Positions 32,756 through 46,908 of a stretch of DNA of 64,000 bases are shown here, piece by piece. A model generated the notes under the pieces. It saw only the letters and a list, made by a program, of their open reading frames with translations. It did not search any database and was not told the origin of the DNA. Within the stretch, counting starts at the first letter, position 1. The number at the start of each line of letters is the position of its first letter. The stretch lies in the NCBI GenBank assembly GCA_902596775.1, contig CACJVE010000006.1, forward strand, positions 5,962-69,961, written 5' to 3'. A program made the translations under genes and the position numbers. Origin of the DNA: an uncultured SAR92 cluster bacterium (lineage in GTDB: Bacteria > Pseudomonadota > Gammaproteobacteria > Pseudomonadales > Porticoccaceae).

Positions 32756-34441
32756 ATGGACTGGCAAAAATCATTTTTGATTATTGGTATGGCTGTATCG
32801 GCTTGGCTTTTAGTTATCCAATGGAATCATTTTAGTGAAAGGCAGGATAGCTTTGTTGAAACTGTTGAGTCAGTGGACACACAGATTTCTAGCTCCAATT
32901 ATGAGAAACGTATTGATAACACACCAGTTTCAGATTTTTCCAACGAGTTGCCAACACTAATAGAGCAGGAAATTGAGACAAGTGTATTACCTGTGATAAA
33001 GGAATTCAGCTATATCAGAGCGACAACAGACCTGTTAGACATTCTTATAGATCCAGAAGGTGGCGATATCGTTAAAGCCACTTTGTTAAAACATAAAGAC
33101 AAGTTATCTGAAACAGGGAAACCAATAGTCTTGCTCGATAACACTTCAGACAAATTATATATTGCAAGGAGTGGGATTATAGGCAGAAATGCCACGGATA
33201 CTGTGGATGGAAGACCAATTTTTACCTCCAGATATCAACAATATAATTTAATAGATGGCAGCTCGTCTATGGACGTAGACCTGTTTTATTCTGATGGAAA
33301 AGTAGATTTCGTCAAACGATTTACTTTTAATGAAAGCGCTTATCATGTTGATGTAACTTATTTAATTGAAAATAATTCGACAGAAATGTGGAGTGGTGTC
33401 TTTTATGGTCAATTAAAAAGAGATTCTAAGGTACCTGATATAAACGAAGGAAGATTTGGTCCTGCTGCTTTCTTGGGTGCAGCAATTCGAGAGCCAGAGA
33501 AAAATTTTGCTAAATATGATTTTGAAGACATCGCTGATCAAACTATAAATACAAGCATAGATGGTGGTTGGATATCTATGGTTCAACTATATTATATAAG
33601 CGCTTGGGTGCCTCCAGCAAAAGAGACAAATAACTATTCACTTAGAAAAATTTCGGGGAAAGATGAATATGTCATGTCATTTACCAGCCCGCCTGTATTG
33701 ATTTCATCAGGTTCTTCTGGTGAATATTCATCTCGATTTTACGTAGGCCCGAAGGACCAAAAAGTTTTATCTGATTTGGCAGACTACCTGGATTTAACTG
33801 TGGATTATGGGTTTCTCTGGATGGTGGGTAAGCCAATTTTCATGGCAATGGAATTCATAGAGAGTTACGTCGGTAATTGGGGTTGGGCGATTATTCTTGT
33901 CACAATTTTGATTAAATTATTCTTGTATCCGTTGTCTAAGGCCAGCTTAAAGTCGATGGCCAAGATGAGAGAGTTGCAACCAGAGATGAACCGTTTGAAA
34001 GAACTGTATGGTGATGATAGGCAAAAAATGAGCCAAGAGTTAATGGGGCTTTATAAAAAAGAGAAAGTAAATCCCGCTGGAGGCTGTTTTCCGATATTGT
34101 TACAAATGCCTGTTTTTCTTGCACTTTACTGGGTTTTGCTAGAGTCAGTGGAAATAAGACATGCTCCTTGGATATTTTGGATCCACGATTTGTCTTCGAG
34201 AGACCCTTATTTCATCTTACCTTTAATCATGGGTGGTAGTATGCTGCTTATGCAAAGAACCCAACCTATGCCTACTGATCCTTTGCAAGCAAAGATAATG
34301 AAATTTATGCCAATTGCGTTTACTTTGTTTTGTATGAGCTTTCCTTCAGGGCTGGTTTTGTACTGGACAATCAATAATATTATATCGATGGGTCAACAGT
34401 ACTACGTAAATAAACAGTTAAAAAAGCCCTCTCAGGCCTAA
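32756..34441 (+). CDS. yidC: Membrane protein insertase YidC
   Basis: 561 aa with an N-terminal TM helix, a large periplasmic domain, and a conserved C-terminal core (GWAIILVTILIKLFLYPL, GCFPILLQMPVF). Confidence 0.97.
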   Translation: MDWQKSFLIIGMAVSAWLLVIQWNHFSERQDSFVETVESVDTQISSSNYEKRIDNTPVSDFSNELPTLIEQEIETSVLPVIKEFSYIRATTDLLDILIDPEGGDIVKATLLKHKDKLSETGKPIVLLDNTSDKLYIARSGIIGRNATDTVDGRPIFTSRYQQYNLIDGSSSMDVDLFYSDGKVDFVKRFTFNESAYHVDVTYLIENNSTEMWSGVFYGQLKRDSKVPDINEGRFGPAAFLGAAIREPEKNFAKYDFEDIADQTINTSIDGGWISMVQLYYISAWVPPAKETNNYSLRKISGKDEYVMSFTSPPVLISSGSSGEYSSRFYVGPKDQKVLSDLADYLDLTVDYGFLWMVGKPIFMAMEFIESYVGNWGWAIILVTILIKLFLYPLSKASLKSMAKMRELQPEMNRLKELYGDDRQKMSQELMGLYKKEKVNPAGGCFPILLQMPVFLALYWVLLESVEIRHAPWIFWIHDLSSRDPYFILPLIMGGSMLLMQRTQPMPTDPLQAKIMKFMPIAFTLFCMSFPSGLVLYWTINNIISMGQQYYVNKQLKKPSQA

Positions 34442-34465
34442 TCTAGGCTTATTCTGGTCCATAAA

Positions 34466-35836
34466 TTGGCTAGCAATGATATAGATACAATTGTCGCAAT
34501 TTCAACTCCCAGGGGCACTGGGGGGATAAGTATTGTTAGGCTTTCAGGCTATGATTTAGAACAATTTTGTGAACATCTATTTTCTTCAAAGTTAGTGCCC
34601 AAGCAAGCTCTATTTAAGAGATTTCTCGATTCAAAAAAAATGGTAATTGATGAGGGCATTGCTATTTATTTTCCTAGTCCAGAAAGTTTTACTGGTGAAT
34701 GTGTGTTGGAATTGCATTGTCATGGAGGTCACGTGATTACAGACATGATTGTAACTCGGTGTTTGGAGCTTGGTGCTCGCATGGCTCAGCCTGGAGAGTT
34801 TACAGAACGAGCTTTTTTAAATGGAAAGTTAGATCTAGCCCAAGCAGAAGGGATTTCGGATCTTATAAACGCTTCATCTAAGAGCGCTGCCCGTTCGGCG
34901 TCACTGTCAATGCAGGGAGAGTTTTCTTTTCAGGTGCGAGAGATTGTAGAGGATATTATAGAGATGCGTAAATTCGTTGAGGCGTGTATAGACTTTCCAG
35001 CAGAAGACATAGATTTCTTAGATAATCGAGACTTAAAAAAACGCTTAGTGTTATGTATTAAAAAATTAAATTTAGTAATAAAGAGAGCACATCAGGGAAG
35101 AATTCTACAAGAGGGTATAAATGTAGCACTTACCGGAAAACCTAATGCTGGTAAATCAACTTTATTTAATCTATTGACTGGATATGATTCGGCGATCGTG
35201 ACTAGCACACCTGGCACGACAAGAGATGTGCTTAGAGAGAAAGTGTTAATTAATGATGTCCCCATTTTTTTGTCAGATAGCGCTGGGCTAAGGGAGAGTG
35301 ATGAGGAAATTGAAAAAGAAGGTATTAGAAGAGCGGAAGAGGAAATCAAAGCTGCAGATGTCGTTTTATATATAGTTGATTGCGCTAATGGAAGTCTAAA
35401 TCAAGAACTTGCACATTTATTACCTGGCGTTCTTAAGCTTTGCAGTGATGGGTCGTTGTTTGCAGTTGTTTTTAATAAGATTGACATGCTTGACTTTAAA
35501 AAAAGCGATGTCAGTCACTGTCTTTATCCTTTCCATCTTATTTCTGCTAAAGAAGGGTTAGGTATCAATGAACTTAAAAATTTTATTACAGATTTGGTTG
35601 GTCTTGATGAGATAGTTGAAGGAGTTTTTTCGGCGAGAAAACGCCACCTAATAGCATTGGGCGAAGCACTGAAATTCATAGAGATCGGTAAAAAGCAATT
35701 AAATAATACAGGTTCTGGTGAGTTATTGGCTGAAGATCTTAAGTCTGCACAAAATAACTTATCGAGTATCGTTGGTTCTTATTCTCCAGATGATCTTTTA
35801 GGGGAGATCTTTTCATCTTTTTGCATTGGGAAGTGA
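34466..35836 (+). CDS. mnmE: tRNA modification GTPase MnmE
   Basis: 456 aa with DTIVAISTP, the G1 motif GKPNAGKSTL, and C-terminal FCIGK. TTG start. Confidence 0.96.
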   Translation: MASNDIDTIVAISTPRGTGGISIVRLSGYDLEQFCEHLFSSKLVPKQALFKRFLDSKKMVIDEGIAIYFPSPESFTGECVLELHCHGGHVITDMIVTRCLELGARMAQPGEFTERAFLNGKLDLAQAEGISDLINASSKSAARSASLSMQGEFSFQVREIVEDIIEMRKFVEACIDFPAEDIDFLDNRDLKKRLVLCIKKLNLVIKRAHQGRILQEGINVALTGKPNAGKSTLFNLLTGYDSAIVTSTPGTTRDVLREKVLINDVPIFLSDSAGLRESDEEIEKEGIRRAEEEIKAADVVLYIVDCANGSLNQELAHLLPGVLKLCSDGSLFAVVFNKIDMLDFKKSDVSHCLYPFHLISAKEGLGINELKNFITDLVGLDEIVEGVFSARKRHLIALGEALKFIEIGKKQLNNTGSGELLAEDLKSAQNNLSSIVGSYSPDDLLGEIFSSFCIGK

Positions 35837-35952
35837 CTAATAAGATGATAATGGTCATACTATTTTTTCGAAATTATTTTTATGTTCTAAAATGGAGCAA
35901 TGTTTGTCTTTTTTCAAAATTTTCAACTGTATTTTTACTGGTTGTATACATG

Positions 35953-35961
35953 TTATACACA
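35953..35961 (+). promoter_or_regulatory. DnaA box, 1 mismatch (TTATACACA; fits TTWTNCACA)
   Basis: Read directly from the plus strand. Confidence 0.5.
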
Positions 35962-36085
35962 AAAAATGGTTAATTATCAATCAAACATGTAGCCCTGTGC
36001 TGTTGATAGTTTTTGGCAATCTTATTTTCAAGTAATTGAAATAAAACAATATTATTTTTATTACATAAATGACAATAATTTTTCT

Positions 36086-36094
36086 TGTGGATAA
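36086..36094 (-). promoter_or_regulatory. Perfect DnaA box (TTATCCACA on the minus strand)
   Basis: The plus strand reads TGTGGATAA, 54 nt upstream of the dnaA GTG start. Confidence 0.6.
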
Positions 36095-36147
36095 ACTAAT
36101 TATGCTGCTTTAATATGGGTTAGGTTTTTTTACTTTGAGTACAGCAC

Positions 36148-37584
36148 GTGTCCTTAAGCATAATAGAAGATAATATAACCTTGGTAGTTTGGCCGAAATG
36201 TCAAGATTATCTACAAGGTGAGTTGCCTCAACAGCAGTTCAACACCTGGATAAGACCTTTAACAGCTTCACTCGGTAGCAATGATTCTATACTGCTTTGC
36301 GCTCCTAATAGGTTTATTGAGGGATGGGTTAGAGATAATTTTTTAGAGAGGATTATAGAGTTAGTAAGTTATATATGTTCACGAGAGGTGGCAATTGAGA
36401 TAGGTGTGGTCGCTAACGTGCCAAATTTTTCGAGAGAATCGTCGCAGAGGGAATTTAGTGACAATGTTCGTATGGGTGTTGAACCACCTGGTAGCGAGCA
36501 AAAATTAGAAGTAATGCCTGCAGAGAAAATCAAAATTCCTAGGTCAGCAGCAGAAACAAGTCTAAAGACAAATTTAAATTCTGGCTTCACTTTCGATTCA
36601 TTTGTAGAGGGTAAGTCAAACCAGCTAGCTTTTGCTGCTGCTCAACAAGTAGCTCAGAACCCAGGTGGTTCATATAATCCTCTCTTTATTTATGGAGGCG
36701 TTGGACTTGGTAAAACTCATTTAATGCATGCAGTTGGGCAAGCTATGCTAGAAAAAAATCCAGAAGCAAAAATTGTATATCTTCATTCTGAAAGATTTGT
36801 TGCTGATATGGTAAAAGCGCTGCAATTAAAGGCAATTGATGAATTTAAGAATTTCTATCGGTCTCTAGATGCATTGTTAATCGACGATATACAGTTTTTC
36901 GCTGGCAAAGAAAGATCACAAGAGGAATTTTTCCACACCTACAACGCCCTTTTAGAAGGTGGTCAGCAAATGATATTAACTTGCGATAGATATCCAAAAG
37001 AAATCGATGGTGTCGAAGAGAGATTAAAATCAAGATTTGGATGGGGACTTACGGTTGCTGTAGAACCTCCAGAACTTGAAACAAGGGCAGCTATTCTGAT
37101 TAATAAAGCTGAGCAGTTGGGCTTTTTCCTCTCGAAAGACGCCGCTTTCTTTATCGCACAAAGAATCCGATCTAATGTTAGGGAGTTGGAGGGTGCATTA
37201 AAAAGAGTTATAGCACATGCTCAATTTACAAGCAGGCAGATAGATATAGATCTAATACGAGAATCTTTGAAAGATTTGCTCGCATTACAGGATAAACTGG
37301 TAACGGTAGATAATATTCAGAGGGTAGTCGCTGATTATTATAAATTAAAAATGTCTGATATGCTTTCAAAGAGAAGAAGCCGTTCTGTTGCTCGTCCAAG
37401 ACAAATTGCAATGTCAATTGCGAAGGATTTAACAAACCATAGTCTTCCAGAGATTGGTGAATCGTTTGGGGGGAGGGATCATACTACTGTTATACATGCT
37501 TGCCGGAAAATTAAAGCGTTAAGCATAGAGGACAGGGAAGTTAAGCAAGACTTGAAGCATATATACAGGTTATTATCTGCTTAA
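36148..37584 (+). CDS. dnaA: Chromosomal replication initiator DnaA
   Basis: 478 aa with N-terminal W..C...L..EL....FNTWIRPL, the AAA+ Walker [11 protein letters not shown], and C-terminal DNA-binding [14 protein letters not shown] start. Confidence 0.98.
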   Translation: MSLSIIEDNITLVVWPKCQDYLQGELPQQQFNTWIRPLTASLGSNDSILLCAPNRFIEGWVRDNFLERIIELVSYICSREVAIEIGVVANVPNFSRESSQREFSDNVRMGVEPPGSEQKLEVMPAEKIKIPRSAAETSLKTNLNSGFTFDSFVEGKSNQLAFAAAQQVAQNPGGSYNPLFIYGGVGLGKTHLMHAVGQAMLEKNPEAKIVYLHSERFVADMVKALQLKAIDEFKNFYRSLDALLIDDIQFFAGKERSQEEFFHTYNALLEGGQQMILTCDRYPKEIDGVEERLKSRFGWGLTVAVEPPELETRAAILINKAEQLGFFLSKDAAFFIAQRIRSNVRELEGALKRVIAHAQFTSRQIDIDLIRESLKDLLALQDKLVTVDNIQRVVADYYKLKMSDMLSKRRSRSVARPRQIAMSIAKDLTNHSLPEIGESFGGRDHTTVIHACRKIKALSIEDREVKQDLKHIYRLLSA

Positions 37585-37617
37585 ATAAAAGATAGATCTT
37601 TAGGAGAACAAACTGTT

Positions 37618-38715
37618 ATGAAATTTAGCCTGTCAAGAGAAGCTTTATTAAAACCTTTGCAATTAGTGATCGGCGTTGTCGAAAGAAGACAAACCTTGCC
37701 AATATTGTCCAATGTTTTGCTGTCTCTTTCAGGAAAAATATTATCTGTTACAGGCACTGATTTAGAAGTTGAAATCGTAGGAGTTACTGAAGTTAGTGAT
37801 GTTCTCGAAGAAGGCAGCATTACAGTATCCGCGAGAAAAATTCTCGACATATGTAGATCTCTTCCTGATGGCGCAGTGGTTAATTTCTCAAGCTCAGAGG
37901 GCAAAGCATCTATTAAAAGTAGCAAAAGTAGCTTTATGTTGTCGACATTACCAGCCAGCGAGTTTCCATCTGTAGATGGTGGAGAGAAAACTTTTGAATT
38001 TGATATATCGGGTCAAGAATTACAGAAATTAATAGAAGCTACGTCCTTTGCTATGGCTCAACAAGATGTAAGGTACTATTTAAATGGAATGCTATGGGAG
38101 TTAACTAGTGGCCAAATAAGAGTAGTGGCAACTGATGGCCATAGGATGTCGTTATCAGATGGTAATTGTGATATTTCGGTCGAAGAACCAGTAAAGGCGA
38201 TTGTTCCCAGAAAAGGAGTTGTCGAATTACAACGATTATTAGATAACAACACAGTTAAGATAGCACTCGGTTCTAACCATCTCAGGGCTATTGGAAGCGA
38301 TTACCAATTTACATCAAAATTAGTTGATGGTGCTTATCCTGACTACAATAGAGTCCTTCCTAAAGGTGGCGATAAGATTATAGAGGCTGACCGTCTCGCT
38401 TTGAAAGCAGCGTTTGGAAGGGCTGCGATTTTATCTAATGAGAAGTATCGAGGTGTTAGATTATCAGTTAGTGAGGATTTGCTGAAGATTGTTGCAAGTA
38501 ACCCTGAGCAAGAAGAAGCGCAAGAAGATTTGGAAGTAAAATATAATAGCGAATCAATGGAAATTGGCTTTAATGTAAGTTATCTACTCGATGTTCTAAA
38601 TGTTTTAGATCACGAAGCTTTGAAAATGACGCTTATTAACTCTAATAGCAGCGTTTTAATTGAGAGTCTCAAGGACAGCCATTCATTGTATGTCGTAATG
38701 CCTATGAGACTTTAG
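37618..38715 (+). CDS. dnaN: DNA polymerase III beta sliding clamp
   Basis: 365 aa with the MKF..SRE.LLKPLQ N-terminus, ATDGHRM, and C-terminal MPMRL. Confidence 0.97.
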   Translation: MKFSLSREALLKPLQLVIGVVERRQTLPILSNVLLSLSGKILSVTGTDLEVEIVGVTEVSDVLEEGSITVSARKILDICRSLPDGAVVNFSSSEGKASIKSSKSSFMLSTLPASEFPSVDGGEKTFEFDISGQELQKLIEATSFAMAQQDVRYYLNGMLWELTSGQIRVVATDGHRMSLSDGNCDISVEEPVKAIVPRKGVVELQRLLDNNTVKIALGSNHLRAIGSDYQFTSKLVDGAYPDYNRVLPKGGDKIIEADRLALKAAFGRAAILSNEKYRGVRLSVSEDLLKIVASNPEQEEAQEDLEVKYNSESMEIGFNVSYLLDVLNVLDHEALKMTLINSNSSVLIESLKDSHSLYVVMPMRL

Positions 38716-38745
38716 AGTCAAACACTCGATATTCAGCATCTGTCA

Positions 38746-42260
<3,515 letters not shown>

Positions 42261-42262
42261 TT

Positions 42263-44350
42263 CTATCCCTGCTCGCCAGCTAAAAATGTAAGGTCTGCAG
42301 TAGAAGAAAAAAGTGCCTTTAAATTTTTTAAAAGTGTAAGCCGATTAATCTTTAAATCAGTGTCTTTGCTATCTACCAAGACATTATCAAAGAAATTATC
42401 TATTTGTTCTTTGAGTACGAGAAGATTATTCAATACTTCTGTGTATTCCCTGTCGTTCAAGAGTTTTTTGTTCTTTATCACTAATGCTGTTATAGATTCA
42501 GACAATTGTATTTCATGTTTATCGCTAAGAATTTTAGTGTCGACAGAATTTCTTAATGGAAGAGAGCTATTCTTATCTAGGATGTTGGACACTCTTTTAA
42601 AAAGTTGTGCTAGTTGGACGGCATTTTTGTTTTGAGCAAAAGCGTTGACTGCTTTAACTCGAGCATCAATATCTAAGGGATTAGATAGAGACATGTTTTT
42701 GACCGATAAAAATATTTCAGTACGTACACCTTGATCCTTAAACCAACCTTCAATTCTATCTAAGATATATGCAATTACGGTACTGGATGTTTCTTTTGCT
42801 TCGAGCTTTTTATCAGCTACATGGGTCTGATAAAAGCCAATTATTTCGTTCAAATCAAGATCGATATTTCCCTCAATTAGAATTCTTAATATTGCCAAGC
42901 TAGACCGCCTCAGCCCAAATGGATCTTTCGATCCCGAGGGTTTTGCTCCAGTTGAGAAAATTCCAAATACGGTATCAAGTTTGTCAGCTAAGGAGATTGT
43001 TATGCCGATATTTGATGTCGGTAGCTTATCGCCTGAAAAACTCGGTAAATAATGCTCTGCAATCGCAAGCGAAACTGAGTCACTTTCCCCATCATTTTTC
43101 GCATAATACCCACCCATGACACCTTGTAGACTGGGAAATTCATTCACCATATCTGTAACTAAATCAACTTTACAGAGCTCACTTGCTTTAACTGCAGATT
43201 CAACATCAGCGCCCGTGTATTCGCACAAATATCTTGCTAATGCCTTTATGCGTTCTGTCTTGTCGAATAAAGAACCCAATTTCTCTTGAAAAACTACTTC
43301 TTTCAGCTTTTTTTGTCTCGTACCTAAAGACTGGCTAATGTCTTGATCATAGAAAAATGCAGCATCTGCAAGTCTTGAATTCACGACTCTCTCATTACCT
43401 GTTTTTACTACATTAGCATCCTTACTTTCTATGTTTGAAATAGTGATGAATGAAGAAGTTAAGTCTCCATTTGTATCGATTAAGTGAAAGAATTTTTGAT
43501 GCTTTTTCATTGAAGAGACAAGCGCTTCGGACGGCACGGTCAAATATTCTTCTTTGAAATTTCCGATTATTGCAACTGGCCACTCGCAGAGAGCTGTTAC
43601 CTCGATTAATAAGTTTTCGTCTATCTCGGCCTTCAATCCTGTTTCAGTCTCGATTTCTGTTATTTGACGAAGGATCTTGTCTTTACGTTTATCAAAACTG
43701 GCAATTACCTTGTTAGACAAAAGTTGAGATTCATACGACTCTGGTGATTTGATAATCAGTTCCTTATCAGAGTGAAATCGATGACCCTTTGTAATATCAG
43801 CGGTTTTTAAACCAAAAATATTGGTTTTATATACTTTATTATTAAAAATTAAAACAGCCCATTTAACGGGTCTCACAAAATAGTCTTTCCTTGCGCCCCA
43901 CCTCATTTTTTTTGGCATTGGGAGTTTGGATAAAGTTGATTGGATTAATTCTTGAAATAAGGTGGTGATATCAATTTGCTCAGAAATACCCTCGAAAAGT
44001 AGCTTTTCCTTATAGCCATCGCTTTTTAAAAATTTATGTAAATTTTTTGTATCAATATTAAATTTTTTAGCAAATGCTTCGCCAGCTTTTGTCGGCAGAT
44101 TAGATGAGTCAAAAGCAATAGACTTTGTCGGGCCCCAATGAAGAGTTGATGTTTTTGGTGTAAAACAGTCTAGCCCTTCTATTTTGACAGCTAACCTTCG
44201 TGGCGTTGAGAATGAAGAGGCATTTTTATATTGCACATTTAACTTATTGAAATTATTGCATAAATCATTACACATTGCTTCGGCAAGCTGCTTTACTGAG
44301 TCTGTTGGAAGCTCCTCTGTCCCAAGTTCAAATAGAAAATCTGCTTGCAC
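42263..44350 (-). CDS. glyS: Glycine--tRNA ligase beta subunit
   Basis: 695 aa with the FELGTEELP N-terminus. It lies immediately downstream of glyQ. Confidence 0.96.
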   Translation of the reverse strand: MQADFLFELGTEELPTDSVKQLAEAMCNDLCNNFNKLNVQYKNASSFSTPRRLAVKIEGLDCFTPKTSTLHWGPTKSIAFDSSNLPTKAGEAFAKKFNIDTKNLHKFLKSDGYKEKLLFEGISEQIDITTLFQELIQSTLSKLPMPKKMRWGARKDYFVRPVKWAVLIFNNKVYKTNIFGLKTADITKGHRFHSDKELIIKSPESYESQLLSNKVIASFDKRKDKILRQITEIETETGLKAEIDENLLIEVTALCEWPVAIIGNFKEEYLTVPSEALVSSMKKHQKFFHLIDTNGDLTSSFITISNIESKDANVVKTGNERVVNSRLADAAFFYDQDISQSLGTRQKKLKEVVFQEKLGSLFDKTERIKALARYLCEYTGADVESAVKASELCKVDLVTDMVNEFPSLQGVMGGYYAKNDGESDSVSLAIAEHYLPSFSGDKLPTSNIGITISLADKLDTVFGIFSTGAKPSGSKDPFGLRRSSLAILRILIEGNIDLDLNEIIGFYQTHVADKKLEAKETSSTVIAYILDRIEGWFKDQGVRTEIFLSVKNMSLSNPLDIDARVKAVNAFAQNKNAVQLAQLFKRVSNILDKNSSLPLRNSVDTKILSDKHEIQLSESITALVIKNKKLLNDREYTEVLNNLLVLKEQIDNFFDNVLVDSKDTDLKINRLTLLKNLKALFSSTADLTFLAGEQG

Positions 44351-44353
44351 TGT

Positions 44354-45280
44354 TTATGACTCCTTATTTACCTGATTAGCAATTTGTTTATCGGCCATTG
44401 GAAAACCGGCTTGCTTTCTTGAGAGAAAATATTCATTTGCAACCATTCTCGCTAACGTTCTTACTTTTAAAATATATCTTTGTCTCTCTGTCACTGATAC
44501 AGCCTTTCTAGCATCCAAGAGATTGAACACATGGGATGCTTTCATAACCATTTCATAGGCAGGCAGAGGCAAATGATTTTCGACTAGTAATGAACATTCT
44601 TTTTCAAAATTATCAAAAGAGCTAAACAGCTGGGGTATGTTCGCGTACTCAAAGTTGTAGGTAGACATTTCAAATTCATTTTGTAAATAGACATCACCGT
44701 AAGTGACGGTATTGTTTGGTGATTTAGTCCAAATTAAATCATAGACGTTATCTACATTTTGAAGGTACATTGCTATGCGTTCGATACCATAGGTTATTTC
44801 TCCTGTTACAGGAAAACACTCAATGCCACCCGCTTGTTGGAAATATGTAAATTGAGAGACTTCCATTCCATTTAGCCAAACTTCCCACCCAAGACCCCAT
44901 GCTCCGAGAGTTGGCGACTCCCAATTATCTTCGACAAATCGAATATCATGAATTAATGAGTCAATGCCAATCGCTTTGAGCGAATTTAAATACATCTCTT
45001 GAAAATTATCTGGTGATGGTTTCATAACAACCTGGAATTGATAGTAATGTTGGAGTCTGTTTGGATTTTGTCCATACCGTCCATCTGTAGGCCTTCTGGA
45101 AGGCTGCACATATGCGCTATTCCATGTTTCTGGACCAATGGCTCTCAAGAAGGTCGCAGGATGAAATGTTCCAGCGCCTACTTCCATATCTAAAGGTTGC
45201 ATAATGAGGCATCCTTCCGAGGCCCAGAATTTTTGTAACTCGAAAATTAGTTCTTGGAAGGTAATTTTGCTTTTATTCAA
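44354..45280 (-). CDS. glyQ: Glycine--tRNA ligase alpha subunit
   Basis: 308 aa with [22 protein letters not shown] and highly conserved class II core sequence. Confidence 0.97.
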   Translation of the reverse strand: MNKSKITFQELIFELQKFWASEGCLIMQPLDMEVGAGTFHPATFLRAIGPETWNSAYVQPSRRPTDGRYGQNPNRLQHYYQFQVVMKPSPDNFQEMYLNSLKAIGIDSLIHDIRFVEDNWESPTLGAWGLGWEVWLNGMEVSQFTYFQQAGGIECFPVTGEITYGIERIAMYLQNVDNVYDLIWTKSPNNTVTYGDVYLQNEFEMSTYNFEYANIPQLFSSFDNFEKECSLLVENHLPLPAYEMVMKASHVFNLLDARKAVSVTERQRYILKVRTLARMVANEYFLSRKQAGFPMADKQIANQVNKES

Positions 45281-45456
45281 AGTCCGCTAACCATATAGAC
45301 AATTTAACGCATTATAAATGTAAAGGTTAAGAAAGATAGGTTAATTTAAAGTTGTTAGCTGCTAAATTTTTTTTAAGTTTTCGATGATTTTGTCAGATAT
45401 AATACTTCGAAGTCACATTTGCTCTTGAAAAACCTTAACCTGTTTAACTGGGCTAT

Positions 45457-46332
45457 ATGAAAAATTACCTTGCTCTTTTAATCCTAAAAATCGTCGCGTA
45501 TTTCCCACTTGGAGCCTCGCGAGGTTTAGGCAAGCTTTTAGGACGTTTTCTCTATTCCTTAAATTCCCGGTCCGCGCAAACATGTAAAAAAAATTTGACT
45601 CTCTGTTATCCAGAATTGAATGCACAAGAGATTAATAGATTGTGTTTTGATCGAATGCAGCATCTGGGACAAAGTCTCTTTGAGACCCCAAAAATTTGGA
45701 GAAAAGGGAGTATATGGGTAGAGTCGAAGGTTAAAAAAGTTTATGGGCTAGATATATTCGAATCACTGTTTGAGCAAAAAAAGGGTCTTATCATCATCAT
45801 CCCTCACCTTGGTAATTGGGAAATACTTGGCTTGTGGATCTCGAAAAGGGTCCCTATGACGTCTATTTACGAGCCTCCAAAAATAAAAAGTTTAAATGAT
45901 TGGGTCAAGAGAGGCAGGGAGAACGCAGGTGCAAGTTTGGTGCCTGCCGACATAACTGGCGTTAGTAATGTTTTGAAAGCTTTGACAAAGGGCCAGGTTA
46001 CTGGAATTTTACCTGATCAATTTCCACCTGAGATTAGCGGACACATATCAACATTTTTTAATGTTAAAACACGAACAATGACTTTAATTCATAAATTAAT
46101 CGGACGCGTCAATTGTAATGCTCTAATAGCATCTGCTATTCGTGTAACGGATGGTTGGGAGATTTATTTTCAAAGAGTTGACGATAGCATAAATAGTACC
46201 GAGATATCAGTTAGCTTGAATGCGTTAAATCAAAGTATTCAAACTATGATAAATCTAAATCCATCGCAATATCAGTGGGAATATAAGAGATTTAAAGATC
46301 TTAAAAATAACGGTAAGAAATTTTATGATTGA
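45457..46332 (+). CDS. Lipid A biosynthesis late acyltransferase (LpxL/HtrB family)
   Basis: 291 aa with an N-terminal membrane anchor and the HX4E acyltransferase motif (PHLGNWE). Confidence 0.8.
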   Translation: MKNYLALLILKIVAYFPLGASRGLGKLLGRFLYSLNSRSAQTCKKNLTLCYPELNAQEINRLCFDRMQHLGQSLFETPKIWRKGSIWVESKVKKVYGLDIFESLFEQKKGLIIIIPHLGNWEILGLWISKRVPMTSIYEPPKIKSLNDWVKRGRENAGASLVPADITGVSNVLKALTKGQVTGILPDQFPPEISGHISTFFNVKTRTMTLIHKLIGRVNCNALIASAIRVTDGWEIYFQRVDDSINSTEISVSLNALNQSIQTMINLNPSQYQWEYKRFKDLKNNGKKFYD

Positions 46333-46901
46333 AACCCAGCATGAATAGGCAACCCAACTACCCTATCCTTTCTTGGGCCTCGATGGAAAATATAAACGAA
46401 TCTGTAATAGATAAACTTATTTTAAATTGGCTCCTAGATAATGGATCACTGACGTCAAAACTAGTCGAATTAAGTGATAATCAATTTAGTCTGGAATTAC
46501 TAGATCAAACTCAAAGAGCGCCTTTAGATATTGAAGTATCAATGTTTGATGTCAAAACAATAGGTAATATTATAGATAGGAAAGTCGTTTTGATGGGTAA
46601 CACAGCTCCATGGGTATATGCACAAAGCATCATCCCTTTATCAACTGCAGTAGGAGATTTAGCGATTTTAAAAAACTTAAACAAACGATCTCTTGGTGAA
46701 TTCATATTTAAGAATAAGGCAATTAAGAGAAGATCTTTACAAATTGCATATTTATCGGCCAGAGAATATGGCATTCCCCCAAGGTTGTGCGGTGGAGATG
46801 AAATGTTATGGGGTAGAAAATCACTTTTTACGCTAAATACTAACTCTTTGCTTGTCTCGGAGATATTTCTACCATCTTTAATTTTAGAGATTAAGAGTTA
46901 A
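46329..46901 (+). CDS. ubiC: Chorismate--pyruvate lyase
   Basis: It has the WLLDNGSLTSKL motif and sits directly upstream of ubiA. It uses either the TTG start overlapping the upstream stop or the ATG at 46341. Confidence 0.8.
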   Translation: MKPSMNRQPNYPILSWASMENINESVIDKLILNWLLDNGSLTSKLVELSDNQFSLELLDQTQRAPLDIEVSMFDVKTIGNIIDRKVVLMGNTAPWVYAQSIIPLSTAVGDLAILKNLNKRSLGEFIFKNKAIKRRSLQIAYLSAREYGIPPRLCGGDEMLWGRKSLFTLNTNSLLVSEIFLPSLILEIKS

Positions 46902-46908
46902 AAGCATA

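Larger units (their letters stand above)
35837..36147. other. Second candidate origin/dnaA-control region (mnmE-dnaA spacer)
   Basis: 311-nt AT-rich spacer with one perfect DnaA box, one 1-mismatch box, and one 2-mismatch box (TGTTGATAG at 36001-36009). Confidence 0.4.
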
